A stretch of 64,000 nt of DNA from the NCBI GenBank assembly GCA_024346625.1, contig AP024665.1, forward strand, positions 1,612,001 to 1,676,000. The letters are read 5' to 3'. Position 1 is the stretch's first letter. Every line of letters starts with the position of its first letter. The DNA is from Williopsis jadinii. Lineage: Eukaryota. Below are positions 1 through 11,791 of the stretch, in pieces. Both the position numbers and the translations under genes were made by a program. The notes under the pieces were generated by a model. That model had not been told where the DNA came from. It searched no databases and worked only from the letters and a program-made list of their open reading frames with translations.

Positions 1-3000
1 GGCTCGGGACGTATGTAGGACTGCATATACACTTACAGGGGGATGCGACGTTATACACTTCTAAACTGTTTTCGTCAGTGGAAGTCTTTGAAGTAAATTC
101 TAACTTTATCTTCATTAACATCGATTTTTTGAGCAAAGTGAATCACTCAGGAGTTTGAATAGGTCCACGGTCCGTGGTCTAGCTAAAATCGTGACAGGTG
201 TACATAGCTAGGTATGTATTTAGCACTACGTAGAAGAAGGAAAAAAAAAATACCAGTTAAACGTTTGGAAGTACATTTTTGGTGGGAGTGCCAGTATGGG
301 GTGGCAGGACCGAGGTGTTTCACACAGTTATTGTAAAATCTACAATAGTGGTGGATCTCATTGTTGATGGCCTTCAATTTACTACTGAAAGGAAGTGGTC
401 TTGCGTAAGAGTTTACGAATACCAGCATCTCCTTGTTGCGGAAATGTGATATACTGGTACACCTTGTTTTGATGTGAACTTAATAATTGTCTCTATCAGA
501 AAACAGGGACTATTCAAATGAAAGATGAAGTACGGATTTCAGCCCCTACAGCGTGTGTTCAATGTCCAAGTTTTTGTAAAAATGTCCCAACCCTCATACA
601 TGTGTGCCTCATGTCCACAACTAGTACTGAATGACCAGAATGCAGATTTCACATTGAGAATTATAAAACTTACGACGGGGTTATTCACTTTTAACGTCCG
701 ACTTCCCCAATTATGGACAACATGTTGTGGTAAAACATGGACTGCTGCCCTAGACTCAGCCTTATCTTGGGTGTCTGTTTCTTCCCCATTGTCAAATAAC
801 AGGTGTATACGAAAAGGACAAACCAACATAGCTAGCCATCCAAGAAAATACGCAGTGCCTAAATATTGCTAATTAAATCTTAGGCACCAGGAAATCTTAC
901 AAATATCTGCGATAAATACAAGGTCAGATGACTAAGGTTATCGTAATACCAGTAGTTAAATCTCTAGATTATTAGACTCGGACGCAGAAGACTACTGGAA
1001 TGTCGGCGTAGTTGACTGATGAGCTAATTAATGACGAAGTGTACATACATATGTGCTATTTGACCAACCTTGTATGTAAATAACAGTTATAGCTTATGGT
1101 TCTATCATGCTTAATCGTTTCTCGCCGTAATTCAACGCCATGACCTTCATGCAATGTCACACAGCGTTTGTAGACGAACACCTTGATATTTACCTCCTTC
1201 TCGTCCCTGCCACATCACAGCGATTTACTCTCAACGGTGTTGATGAGATAATTTAGGTCTATTGTAGGTTTCTGCTTCATCACATAAAACACCTTTTATT
1301 TTATACACCTTTCTTTGTTTGCTTTTCTAATGTGCCACGCAAACCATAGCTGATCTTTGTTCATAGCTTAGTGAGGAAAGCTCGACACAACAGAAAACGG
1401 TCGAATCTACCGTTTGTAACTGTTGGTAGTTCCCAAAAGAGTCTATCCCGTTCAGTCGAAATAAACTTTTGTCCACAGCAACGTAATACACTATCGTGCG
1501 CTAGTATACATGTCTCTTTTGCTTTATGACGAAAACTGCTCAAATCTGGGACAATCAGCTGGACTAGGTTTGTTTCTTGCACGGCTTGTGCATATTTTGT
1601 CAGACATCTGAAGAAAATTGAAAGGACAAGAGCTGAAAGCCACTTCAGCTGGAGAAAACTAAAAAGGAGGTGGATTGTTGGCATTGATGTATTTGCGAGT
1701 CTATGGTGAAGTCTTGATCATCCAGATGAGAACATCAAAAAGATCACCGAGCTACACTATAGACGAACCATTTTAAGAGAATTTAGAGCTAATGCTTAAT
1801 GTCTGAGACCTTGATGCACCAGAGCTGATGGAATGGAACATTTTTATAGCAACAAGTATTCAGAATGTTCAGAATTCAACCGCTATTCAGCTGGCAGTTC
1901 TTTTGTTGGAACAGTCAATGAAGGTCTTGTATGAGGTTGAAGGAAGGCTTCGGGTTTTCAAAGGGGTTTTAAAGCTCAGATAACATTCGGAGCTCAAATC
2001 AAATTTGTTTGTGCATGTCGCCAACTACAATGGTTGACGAATACAAGGTTCACTATAAAGGATTAGGCTATCTAAAGAATCAATTAGTAACTGTTCACTT
2101 ATGGGATGCTTTGTTTTGCTGATCTCTGAAGAGAAGATGAGAGGCCTCTTCAGAGACATCTCGGATACAGAAGCTGATTTGAACAGAGTTCATTTTTTCT
2201 ATGATTTTTGATATTAAAGACCGGAACGTCTACAGAATTTGTCCAGTATATATACACTAAGGTCAAAGACTAAGCCACCAACAAACTCAAGAAGAGAAAC
2301 TAACAGACTTGTCCTGATTGAGAGGTTTGAAATTAAAATTGCCAGGTCAACTGATTTGTGCGGAGAGTGCTCTGTTAATATGGGTACACGTGTAAATGTA
2401 ACTGTTAATTATTTCTAGCCATTTACCTAGTCGAAGAATGTATCCCTCGTTAACCTGTCTAATCGTCTCGGTTGTGGTCCCTTCATGTGCTTAATGCCGT
2501 ATGTTGTCGTAGCAGGTTTGATCGGTAGATGAGAAATGAGTCTAAGCTGGAACATGAAAAAGCATCATAATTATGTGGCTAGTATGATATAGAAGCTGTT
2601 TACGCAGTTTGTACAGAGTACAGAGACCTGCACCCTAAGGTTTTGTTGGAATTATTTGTGTGTGTCTCTTGTGATTTCGGAGCATGTGTTGTTCATCTTC
2701 GTCTGTTTACACATGCAAAGGTTTCTGGTGTGTACATATAGTTTGGCCTAGAAGTAGTCAGGCGGAGCCAAATACGGCGAGATAGTGAAGATTTCGGCGC
2801 GCGGATCTCTGTGTGATCTGATTGAGTTTGTATATTTGATGGACATTTTGCACTGTAAGTTAAAGTCTTTGTTGAATCTTGTCAATCTTGTTGCTGTCAC
2901 TCTAGCGGAATATTTCACAGCATAACCTCTAACATACAATCCGTGGAAGGCAACGTAAATTTGAGGCGATTTTTTTGAAGTTAGATAACATTTCGACGGT

Positions 3001-4800
3001 TGGAGATTACATCCGATCCGAGACTTGAAGTACAAGCTCAAGCACTTATGGACGTATTGGATGTTAGGAACAAATCATGCGGTACAGACGTCCACAATAT
3101 ATAGGTCTTTACATACAGAAGGATGGTGCATTTCATGTGAGCAACCATGCGTCGCTTTCTGTATACTAAGGTATGCGTTCATTTGAAGACTTATATGTGC
3201 TCAGCTTTCACATACGGTATTCCAATGTAGAGCAAATTCAGAAGTGAACGGTTACGGTACTCCAACCTGATGCTTGTGAACTCGTCATCTGAAATCTCGA
3301 TCTGTTGGGCTCTAGCTTCACAACAACAACAGAGGTACTGTGAAGAAAACTTGAACCCTTTGCTGGGCCATTTGTTTATTTAAAGACAGCGTAGTGCCTT
3401 GTTTCGGTTTGAAAACTGAGTTGTCGGCGTATACAGTAAAAATTCAGAACAAAACCGTTAATGGCTCTAAGTAGCTATATCATATATGATCATAGCACCT
3501 CTTTTGGCTATCATCTTGTTCTAGGCGAAAAGGCCAGCGCATCTTTGGTTGATCTCTTTTGGGTTATAGCAAACTGTGTACGATATTTTATATACGACGC
3601 CTCTTACAATTAGCCATAACTGTACAAGCAATAAAAATGCGTGCATATAGTGAACTCACTTCAAAAACCTAATAATACTGCTGCTACATATGTACAAGCC
3701 CACCAAGTAATCATACCAGTTAAATGTAGCACAGATGGTCAAGCACGTCTATATACGTAGGTTGGACTCAATGCCCAGCTTGTCATATATGGTTGTAATT
3801 GCCGTCATGAGTTAAAAGGAGGGGATAAGCTGTAGAGACTCACATCTTGTGTAGAAACAAGGGTGTAATTTGTACAGTTTTGATGTTACTGTAAACACAC
3901 ATGTCAGTCCATTCCAAAGCAGCTTATTTGAAAGTACCGGAAAATGCAGAATTATATCAAGGTCTAAAAGCTATACCCATGTAGAAGCACTCAACATTCA
4001 TCGATGCACTTATTAGACGTTGCTGCCCAGATAGTGCACACTAAATAATAAACGTTAGCGATCACGATTGTAATGTAGAAACAATTATTTCAGTTTCATC
4101 ACACTCTAGTTCGGTCTCACTGGTATTCTCCGACGTTGCGTACTTATTCAGACATTGCGCGGCGTATAGTCACTGATCTGAACAACAGTTCTGTCCTGAA
4201 GGACCGATTAAATGCACTTATATTATATAGAATACAATCAATGATGTCTGTTCATCTCGAAGAACTGTGTGGTATTATGCAGTACTTTCTAACATTTCCC
4301 TTCGTTTGAACCGAAAAAGATTGGTGGAATAAAACTCATAGACATGTCCGTTCATTTGTCCCATTTCCATAGCCTTTGCAGTTTTGTGTCTCGTTTTTCT
4401 TTTCGGACAGGTAGAGCAAAACGAGAATTTCGAGACAAAGGGGACAAAAATCAGGACTATATCACGGGTTATGCATCGTACTGTGATGCGAGGCGAGGTG
4501 CTGCCATGCGTGCCTGGGTGGTTCCATATCTCAAACATGGACAACTCGCAACTGCTGTGTCTGTCCCATGGCCGCATTACGCCATTTTCCCTGAGTACTT
4601 TTTTTCTTGTTGTTGTTTTATATATCCAGAAGCTTTGCATTTTTTCTGTCTCTAATTCCTCAGAGTCTTGAAAAGTGGTCTCCTGCTATTTGAACTGATC
4701 TCGTCGTCGTCCTCATACACATTTGCTGTGCATATATATATACAGTTCCCTTCCACAGCTCGCTTCCGCAGTCGAGTGTTCATTCCCCTTCAAACGTTGC
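1..4800. other. Long ORF-free, AT-richer region; candidate regional centromere or degenerate DNA (may extend left of the window)
   Basis: No ORF >121 aa and none recognisable over ~4.8 kb, while other intergenic gaps are mostly <1 kb (largest ~2.3 kb). Visibly lower GC than the genic part. Confidence 0.35.
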
Positions 4801-4959
4801 CGATCTGTACGCCCGGGACACAATAGGCTCTTTGTCTGATAACATTATCATTCACCGGCGTGCTTTAAGATATCAACTTCTGTGCCATACTGTCCACCGT
4901 CTCTGTTCCTCGTTGTTTTTGAGAAAGTTGATGAAAGTGCAAAGCAAGTCATACTCATC

Positions 4960-6534
4960 ATGGTTTACAAAGACAAAAAGCTCAAAGAGTACAACGATCG
5001 TGAAGAGCGATTTAGGTTGGCTGTTGAAGAAGCAAAGACCAACAGATCTGCTTCCATAAACTCTTTAGCAACAAAGTTCAAAGTGAGCCGAACAACACTG
5101 AGCCGGCGAATCCATGGATTCAAAAACACCAGAAACTCTCATGAGAAGAAGCAGAAGTTCACCAATGACGAAGAGATTATCATCGTGTCCCAGATCCAGA
5201 CGATGTTGAGAGAGCAACAACGTATTCCTCAGAAGAAGCAGATTCTGCGGATCTGTGAACGGCTGTTGGAGCAGAAGTTCAAAGATGTTGAGATGAGTGA
5301 TTCCGTGAGAGAGCAGTGTCTGAAAGTTGGTAAAAATTGGATTGATAGGTTCCTGGAGCGTCACAACGCTGAACTGATGATAAATAACCAGATAACTCTG
5401 GCAGAATACTACAAGAACGAGTTCATAGAGAGAAAGAGAATGAGATCTGATAGGGTATTCATGAGAGCTCCTGGTGATAATGAGATGATCCAACCTGATG
5501 ACCCGATCTCTCACCAGCCACAACTTTCCCTATCAGTGCAGCAGCAGCAACAGACTGGGCCTGGTGGCCCTTCTGTTCCATCTGTTTCACACTCCGAACA
5601 GTATGGGTACTCTGAGCCTTATCCTCAACCACCACCTCCACATCTGGAATGGCCTTTACAGAAGGGATACAAGGAGAAGACTTTTAATCCCTACTTCACA
5701 TCAGTACCACAGCCTCAGATTCCATTGCAGGTCCCTATTGCACCACTACCACAGTTTGGTCAAGGTTCTCTATCTCAGCAGCAACAGCAACAGCAACAAC
5801 CACAGCAGCAGCACAATGCTTCAGTATCCAGCTCATTATCACATTTTTCATTCCCTTCGCATAATTCCATAACCACTGCTACGTCCAACTCTAACCCTGG
5901 TTCCATAGACCAAGATATCCCTGGAGACCCTCTTGATTCGTGTTTTTCCCATGGAAGACTTCAATATGATCTTGCTAGGGCTCTTGTGAATAAAGAACTG
6001 CAAAAGGAAGAGATCGACAGGTCTCTTCTATCCAGGCTTGTCAACAATGCTCTCATCCAGGCCGAGAGAGACCTTGTTGACGTGAACAATGCAAGCCATA
6101 GTGTCTCTGTTGCTCAACATGGCACAGCACCTCACTACATCCACCATTCGTCATCTCAGACGCAGATGCTGCCACCATCATCAACAAGCGCACAGGGATC
6201 TCAAAGCCATGCTCAAGCACAAGCACAGTCTCAGCAGCCAGCACAAGCACAAGCACAGTCTGAGGCACAGAGTCAAGCACAGCCGCAAGCTCCGTCGCAT
6301 TCACATCATCATCATCAGCAACAGCAACAACAAGGTGTGCAGGCATCACCTCCAAGTCAACAGCATCGACAATCACAACAACCTCAATCTCAATACATCC
6401 AGACCACCACATCTGGTGGTTATTTACCACATGGTGTGCCAGCACAACAACAACAACAACAACAACAACCTCAATCAAGCGCACCTTCTAGTACAGCTCC
6501 AAATGGTGGAGCCTACAACATATCTCTGTACTAA
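4960..6534 (+). CDS. CENP-B/pogo-type HTH (Psq-like + Tc5/CENP-B HTH) DNA-binding protein with Q/P/S-rich C-terminus, no DDE domain
   Basis: First ATG at 4960 (MVYKDKK). 'SINSLATKFKVSRTTLSRRIHG' is a Psq-type HTH. 'KQKFTNDEEIIIVSQI...VGKNWIDRFLERH' matches the pogo/Fot1/CENP-B second HTH. Remainder is low-complexity polyQ. Confidence 0.75.
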   Translation: MVYKDKKLKEYNDREERFRLAVEEAKTNRSASINSLATKFKVSRTTLSRRIHGFKNTRNSHEKKQKFTNDEEIIIVSQIQTMLREQQRIPQKKQILRICERLLEQKFKDVEMSDSVREQCLKVGKNWIDRFLERHNAELMINNQITLAEYYKNEFIERKRMRSDRVFMRAPGDNEMIQPDDPISHQPQLSLSVQQQQQTGPGGPSVPSVSHSEQYGYSEPYPQPPPPHLEWPLQKGYKEKTFNPYFTSVPQPQIPLQVPIAPLPQFGQGSLSQQQQQQQQPQQQHNASVSSSLSHFSFPSHNSITTATSNSNPGSIDQDIPGDPLDSCFSHGRLQYDLARALVNKELQKEEIDRSLLSRLVNNALIQAERDLVDVNNASHSVSVAQHGTAPHYIHHSSSQTQMLPPSSTSAQGSQSHAQAQAQSQQPAQAQAQSEAQSQAQPQAPSHSHHHHQQQQQQGVQASPPSQQHRQSQQPQSQYIQTTTSGGYLPHGVPAQQQQQQQQPQSSAPSSTAPNGGAYNISLY

Positions 6535-6822
6535 TATTGATCCTAAGAATGTCATATCCCTCCCATCTTTTTGATTACTTTCTTCTCAACAGTGATGGCT
6601 TATTGTTGGATTGGTATTATCATTCATTGTACGGTGCTGTACATTATATTCTTTGCTGGCAAGTTATAACTACACAACTAGTCTCTCTCGCTATATATAT
6701 CGTCGTCACTCACTTGATGCTGTCCTTTTCCCAGCATGTCTATTGTGTTAGTATGGTTAATGTTAATGTATTATAATCCAACCCCGTACTATATAAAGCC
6801 ACACAATAGACGTATAAGTGCA

Positions 6823-7503
6823 TCAGTCGTCATCTAAATCATCGAATATGCTTCTTGGTGGTAAACTGGTCCTAAAACTCTGAATCGCCTTGCCAATAAG
6901 GTGGTCGTCTTCAACGTTAATGGCTTCAAGAACGATCTTGGGACCACCTGGACTATCGTTAAGCACGATTTCCCGTCGTAATTGATCAATTAGCTTCCCC
7001 TTTGAGTCATCCACGGCAGACGACACGTACTTGGTGGAGTCGTGTTCCTGCTCCAACACTTTCCGCAGCTCCTCGTTATTCTTCAAGAACAGCTCCTGGA
7101 TATCCTCGTGGGTATATATCTGCAGTTTATTCGGCTCCTCCTCGGTGGCGTCGTAGTTGAAGTCCACTGGAGGCGAAGCAGGTGGCGATATCAGGAACAT
7201 TCGTGAGTCTGAAGGAAGCTCCAGATAGTTGTTCCCCAGGTTATTGGAGAAGTCGTTCAAGGCATATCCGCACGCGAACCCTTCTGCTCTCCCCAGCTCC
7301 TTGAGCTTGTCAATCAACAGTGAGCTGCTCTCCCTGGACTGGAATATCAACAGAATCCTCTTGAACGACTTCAACACGATGAACTGAACGGACTCGGTCT
7401 GCGCCAGCGCTGAAACCAGCACGTTGTGTAACCTTGCTATGAACGCGTCGTCATTGAGCTGCTCAGCACTGACTCCTGTGATGATCAGGGTGTTGGAAAC
7501 CAT
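6823..7503 (-). CDS. RCN1: Calcipressin / regulator of calcineurin
   Basis: Signature FLISPPASPP, upstream YLELP (LxxP), PKIVLE (PxIxIT-like), C-terminal TSLPP. Confidence 0.9.
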   Translation of the reverse strand: MVSNTLIITGVSAEQLNDDAFIARLHNVLVSALAQTESVQFIVLKSFKRILLIFQSRESSSLLIDKLKELGRAEGFACGYALNDFSNNLGNNYLELPSDSRMFLISPPASPPVDFNYDATEEEPNKLQIYTHEDIQELFLKNNEELRKVLEQEHDSTKYVSSAVDDSKGKLIDQLRREIVLNDSPGGPKIVLEAINVEDDHLIGKAIQSFRTSLPPRSIFDDLDDD

Positions 7504-7644
7504 CTGGTGACGGGCGTGTAACCTGGGCAGTCACGTTATAGTCGAGCTGGTATAGCCTCTTCACCACCGGGGAAGGACATCACCAGTTCCTGTCTCCATG
7601 GCAACACACCGCGTGCCCGGGTGTGGTGTACCTGGGCGCGCGTT

Positions 7645-7743
7645 GGTGTCCGGGTGTGGGTCACGTGATAAGACGCGCCCGTGAACACCGCCGTCCCCTG
7701 ATGTCCAACGCTGTCGCCGGGCACCTCAGTCCGTATATATAAG
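7645..7743. promoter_or_regulatory. Divergent RCN1/GPM1 promoter: Rap1-like site, E-box, TATA
   Basis: GGTGTCCGGGTGT 7645-7657, TCACGTGA 7661-7668, TATATATAA ~7734-7742. Confidence 0.55.
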
Positions 7744-7856
7744 GACGCCATAATCTCTTGTGGTTTGTCTGTTGCGGTTTTCTTTACTTGTTCCCCTTCC
7801 CACGTTTTATAACAAAGCTCCATTGGAAATCAATTGGAATCGAATAGCTAAGAACA

Positions 7857-8600
7857 ATGCCAAAACTTATCCTTGTGCGTCACGGTCAGTCTGAGTGGAA
7901 CGAGAAGAACCTCTTCACCGGTTGGGTCGATGTCAAGCTCTCCGCTAAGGGTGAGGAGGAGGCCAAGCGTGCCGGTGTGTTGTTGAAGGAGTCTGGGTTG
8001 AAGCCAGACGTCTTGTTCACCTCCAGATTGACCAGAGCCATCCACACTGCCAACCTGGCCCTTGAGGAGGCTGGTTTCGCCTACATCGATGTCCACCGTT
8101 CATGGAGATTGAACGAGCGTCACTACGGTGCTTTGCAAGGTAAGGACAAGGCCGAGACCTTGGCCACTTACGGTGAGGAGCAATTCAAGACATGGAGACG
8201 TTCCTTCGACGTGCCACCTCCAGTGATTGACCCAAAGTCCGAGTTTGCTCAGACTGACGATGCTCGTTACAAGGATGTTGATCCAAACGTGTTGCCACAG
8301 ACCGAGTCCTTGAAGCTTGTCATTGACAGAATGTTGCCATACTGGCAAGACACCATTGCCAAGGAGCTCTTGGACGGTAAGACCGTCATCATTGCTGCTC
8401 ACGGTAACTCCCTCAGAGCCCTTGTCAAGCACTTGGACAACATCTCTGATGCTGACATTGCCGGCTTGAACATCCCAACTGGTATCCCATTGGTTTACGA
8501 GTTGGATGAGAAGCTCAAGCCAACAAAGCCATCCTACTACTTGGACCCAGAAGCTGCTGCTGCCGGTGCTGCTGCCGTTGCTGCTCAAGGTAAGAAGTAG
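7857..8600 (+). CDS. GPM1: Cofactor-dependent phosphoglycerate mutase
   Basis: [25 protein letters not shown] motifs; strongly biased codon usage. Confidence 0.98.
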   Translation: MPKLILVRHGQSEWNEKNLFTGWVDVKLSAKGEEEAKRAGVLLKESGLKPDVLFTSRLTRAIHTANLALEEAGFAYIDVHRSWRLNERHYGALQGKDKAETLATYGEEQFKTWRRSFDVPPPVIDPKSEFAQTDDARYKDVDPNVLPQTESLKLVIDRMLPYWQDTIAKELLDGKTVIIAAHGNSLRALVKHLDNISDADIAGLNIPTGIPLVYELDEKLKPTKPSYYLDPEAAAAGAAAVAAQGKK

Positions 8601-8915
8601 ATCTCTTCAATTCTGCTAATACATGAACAAACTGTTTGACAAATAGATATATTGTAGTAGTGAGTGGTATCATTCGAATCTCCTGGCTCCGGAGAATCGT
8701 GCTACACTGGAGATGTACGCATCACTGGCGAATCTACCTCTCAATTGAAGAGTAATCCGTCTAACATCATTGGACCACGATGGAAAACATCCAAACACCC
8801 ATACTGAGAAAATACACACAGGCGTTGGGGGGACACGGCCTCGAAGTTTGATCTTTCCGAGGAAGTCATCGTCAATCTCCATGGAAGAAAAGAGCCATAT
8901 TCAGCTGCTTGGAGG

Positions 8916-10391
8916 ATGGAAAGAGAAGACAGCGTATGTATATGTGTACGAGACATGGATATATTTGATGTTAACGAAAAAAATCGGGCGAAATAGGCCA
9001 TTGAACGGGTAGCATCAACATTCAAAGACAAGCCTAGCGACGATGAAAAGGTTGAGCTTGAGAGACAACGGGCTCTTTACGAACAACAGCTGAAGTACAT
9101 GGAGAAGCTGATCTCATTGAACAGTACGAGGGGCTGCGAGGTCGTCAACGTTGTTGTTGAAGGGACAGAGCACCTCAGAGACGATTTCATCGCCCGTCAT
9201 ATTCAGCCTGTGATTCAGGCGAAGAACCTACAGTCGCTGATGCTTGGAGTGAATGCCATGAATGACACGCTGAGATCATCAGGCGCTGTTAAGGACCTTG
9301 CCGTCTGTATCAATGGCATGAGCTCAAACCGTGGTGTGCTTATGGTGCAGCCAAAGCTGAAGCTGATTCCAATGAACAAGTTCATGGCGAAAACAGGCAC
9401 CAACGTTGGCAACGGCGAAGGTGATGGTTATATGACATTCCAGTGGAGAAACATCTTTGGAGGCGGCGAGAACTTCATCATCGACGCCACCACTGGCACA
9501 CGGACGAGGTCGTCGTACCTGGTGAACTACAACGCTCCGTTCAACGAGTCACTAACGTGGAGATGGGATACATCGGCTTATGCAACCAGTAGGAACATTG
9601 ACTGGTCATCTCACGAACAAGTGCTGAAAGGCCTGAAGACGAAGATAGCACAGGACGTCAATGGCGTCACACAGGAGTGGAGTCTTCAATCTGTGATACG
9701 CTCAGTCAAACCGTACTCCCTGGCTCCTTCAAAGACAATATTGGCACATGCTGGCGACGATTTGAAGATCTCCCTGGGCTACGATATCAATGTTGATACG
9801 AGAGATGATAAGGTGCTTCCAACGACGGGCTGGAAACTCGGCTTACAGAACGAAATTGCAGGGCTATCCAAGTTCTCCACGTCTCATTTCCTCAAGCAGA
9901 CCTTCGAGGCCAATTGGGCTACCAATTCCAACAGCAGCATCTTGAACTGCTCTCTGAGAGGTGGTTGGCTATATACACAGGACGACTACTCGCACGTGAT
10001 GGACAGATTCTACCTGGGAGGACCAAACGATGTGAGATCTTTCTTCTACAATGGGCTGGGTGCTAGAGACCAGGGCGATTCTCTGGGAGGTGATGCCTTC
10101 ATTAGCGGAGGTGTGAGCGTCTTCACCAAATTCCCCTTCATTAGAGAGTCTAGTGGGTTAAAGCTTCACTCCTTCGTGAACTTTGGCTCTTTAGTTCCAT
10201 GGGACCATAATGAGCCACTCTTGAAGCTGCTGAACGATCTGGCACATCCATCTGTTGGGTGTGGATTCGGTGTTGTGTTCAAGCACCCAGTGGCTCGTCT
10301 GGAGCTCAACTTCGTGCTGCCGTTGGTTGCCCATGAACACGATGCTTTACGGAAGGGATTCCAATATGGAATTGGACTACAATTCATGTGA
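8916..10391 (+). CDS. SAM50: SAM complex core subunit (Omp85/BamA family); predicted exons 8916-8933 and 8997-10391
   Basis: Motifs FYLGGPNDVRSF, ARLELNF, QYGIG. ATG 8916 + 6 codons, GTATGT at 8934, TAG at 8994-8996, rejoining in frame with ORF 9099..10391. Branch candidate is non-consensus TGTTAAC, so exon 1 is less certain than the gene identity. Confidence 0.9.
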
Positions 10392-10509
10392 TGCCTTTAA
10401 CTATTCAATAGTGTACATACATAGGTTTGCAGAGATCATTATATATAGAGCACGTGGGCGTACATGCGTAGTGTATCATAAGGATGTATGTGTATACGTA
10501 TGGGGAGCG

Positions 10510-11535
10510 TTATGCGTGGTTCTTGATGTATTCATCGTGTTGCTCGATGACAGCTGGGATGATCAGACTTTCAATCTCCTTGTTCTCGCCATCACCATCC
10601 TTCAGCCTGTACCATTGTTGCTTAGTATTTGTCACGAACACAACCTCTTTCTTTCTAGTTTGGAGCAAGTTACCAATGACAAGTTGATGGTGATAGCGTT
10701 CCAGAGATTGCGTGCACTTTCTTAACAGCAAGTCCTTATCCGTCTCCAGCTTGAAGCTGGTGATCATTGCACCAGGGGCCCAATTATCAACCAGACGACG
10801 TAGGAATTTGGGCACTGGGTCGAGGTTAACAACCAGCTTACCCCCTTCCATGTGATCTTGTGCTTGGATCTTGTGCTCCGGCATTCTCGAGACAGGGATG
10901 AAGAAGTCAGAGACTGCTGCTGCAAGGTATAGCAGTGCCCTTGTCCCTAGGGTATCCATCACCTGAGCAATGGCACGCAGAGAGAACAAGTACTGGTTCA
11001 CGGTAGTGAAAGGTAGTAGCAGCAACAGGTTCTTGTCACGGGCCTCGTTGTACTTCTTCCAGACTTGGTGCATCTCATCACGGTACTTATCTGCTATGAC
11101 CAAGGAACCGTCCTTGCCCTCGGCCATGTAGTCCAAGAAGCAGTTCGTGGTATGTGAGTAGTGTCTTGAGTAAGGAAGCAGCGAGAACTCCCTGTGTAGG
11201 AAGATAACGGCGTAGCCCTCTTCTAAAAAGTACTCAGCACTCGTGGCTCCTCTGGTTCCGGCACTGAAGTTGTCAATAAACCGCACAGTGTTGTTCTCCA
11301 GTGGAACTGTGGTACCACCAGAGGTCACCAATACAACCTTGTTCCCCTTGGACTTGTGCTCGTCAACAAAGCATTGTGCCTCCTTCACCAGCTCATCGAG
11401 GTACTCAGGTGGTTCATTCGAGGCAAAGTAATGGCTCTCGTCGTTAACAGCAGCAACCGGGAAGTCTGGAACGCTGCGATCGATTGCACTTGATGTGGAC
11501 GGCTGTGATGTGTGGATTTGATGGAGCTGGGGCAT
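10510..11535 (-). CDS. CAB2: Phosphopantothenate--cysteine ligase
   Basis: LVTSGGTTVPLENNTVRFIDNFSAGTRG, YLAAAVSDF, SFKLETD. Confidence 0.95.
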   Translation of the reverse strand: MPQLHQIHTSQPSTSSAIDRSVPDFPVAAVNDESHYFASNEPPEYLDELVKEAQCFVDEHKSKGNKVVLVTSGGTTVPLENNTVRFIDNFSAGTRGATSAEYFLEEGYAVIFLHREFSLLPYSRHYSHTTNCFLDYMAEGKDGSLVIADKYRDEMHQVWKKYNEARDKNLLLLLPFTTVNQYLFSLRAIAQVMDTLGTRALLYLAAAVSDFFIPVSRMPEHKIQAQDHMEGGKLVVNLDPVPKFLRRLVDNWAPGAMITSFKLETDKDLLLRKCTQSLERYHHQLVIGNLLQTRKKEVVFVTNTKQQWYRLKDGDGENKEIESLIIPAVIEQHDEYIKNHA

Positions 11536-11791
11536 CTTCTTCGTGGAATTCTACAGCGTTTCTTGCTATTGTTTAAAGCGTTGATTGGGGTTGTACCGAG
11601 ACGGCTTAACCAGCATCACAAATTTTTTGCTGTCTGGGGCAAAAAGAGCCGACACCGTCATCACCTTTTCTGCGCCCCGCCTCATCCACCACGGCCGGGC
11701 AAAAAATACGTCACACACACACACGCTCAAAAGAACATGAAAACAGGTCTTTCAACAACACGTCTTTTAACAACAGCAATGACAAATATCA

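Noticed and set aside
183..4671. Short ORFs (81-121 aa) in the left desert
   Set aside because: No motifs, mostly non-ATG starts, overlapping on both strands; consistent with chance.
4960..6534. Active DNA transposon
   Set aside because: No DDE catalytic domain and no visible terminal inverted repeats.
8660..8780. Possible C/D snoRNA between GPM1 and SAM50
   Set aside because: Only imperfect C/D-like boxes and no recognisable rRNA guide.
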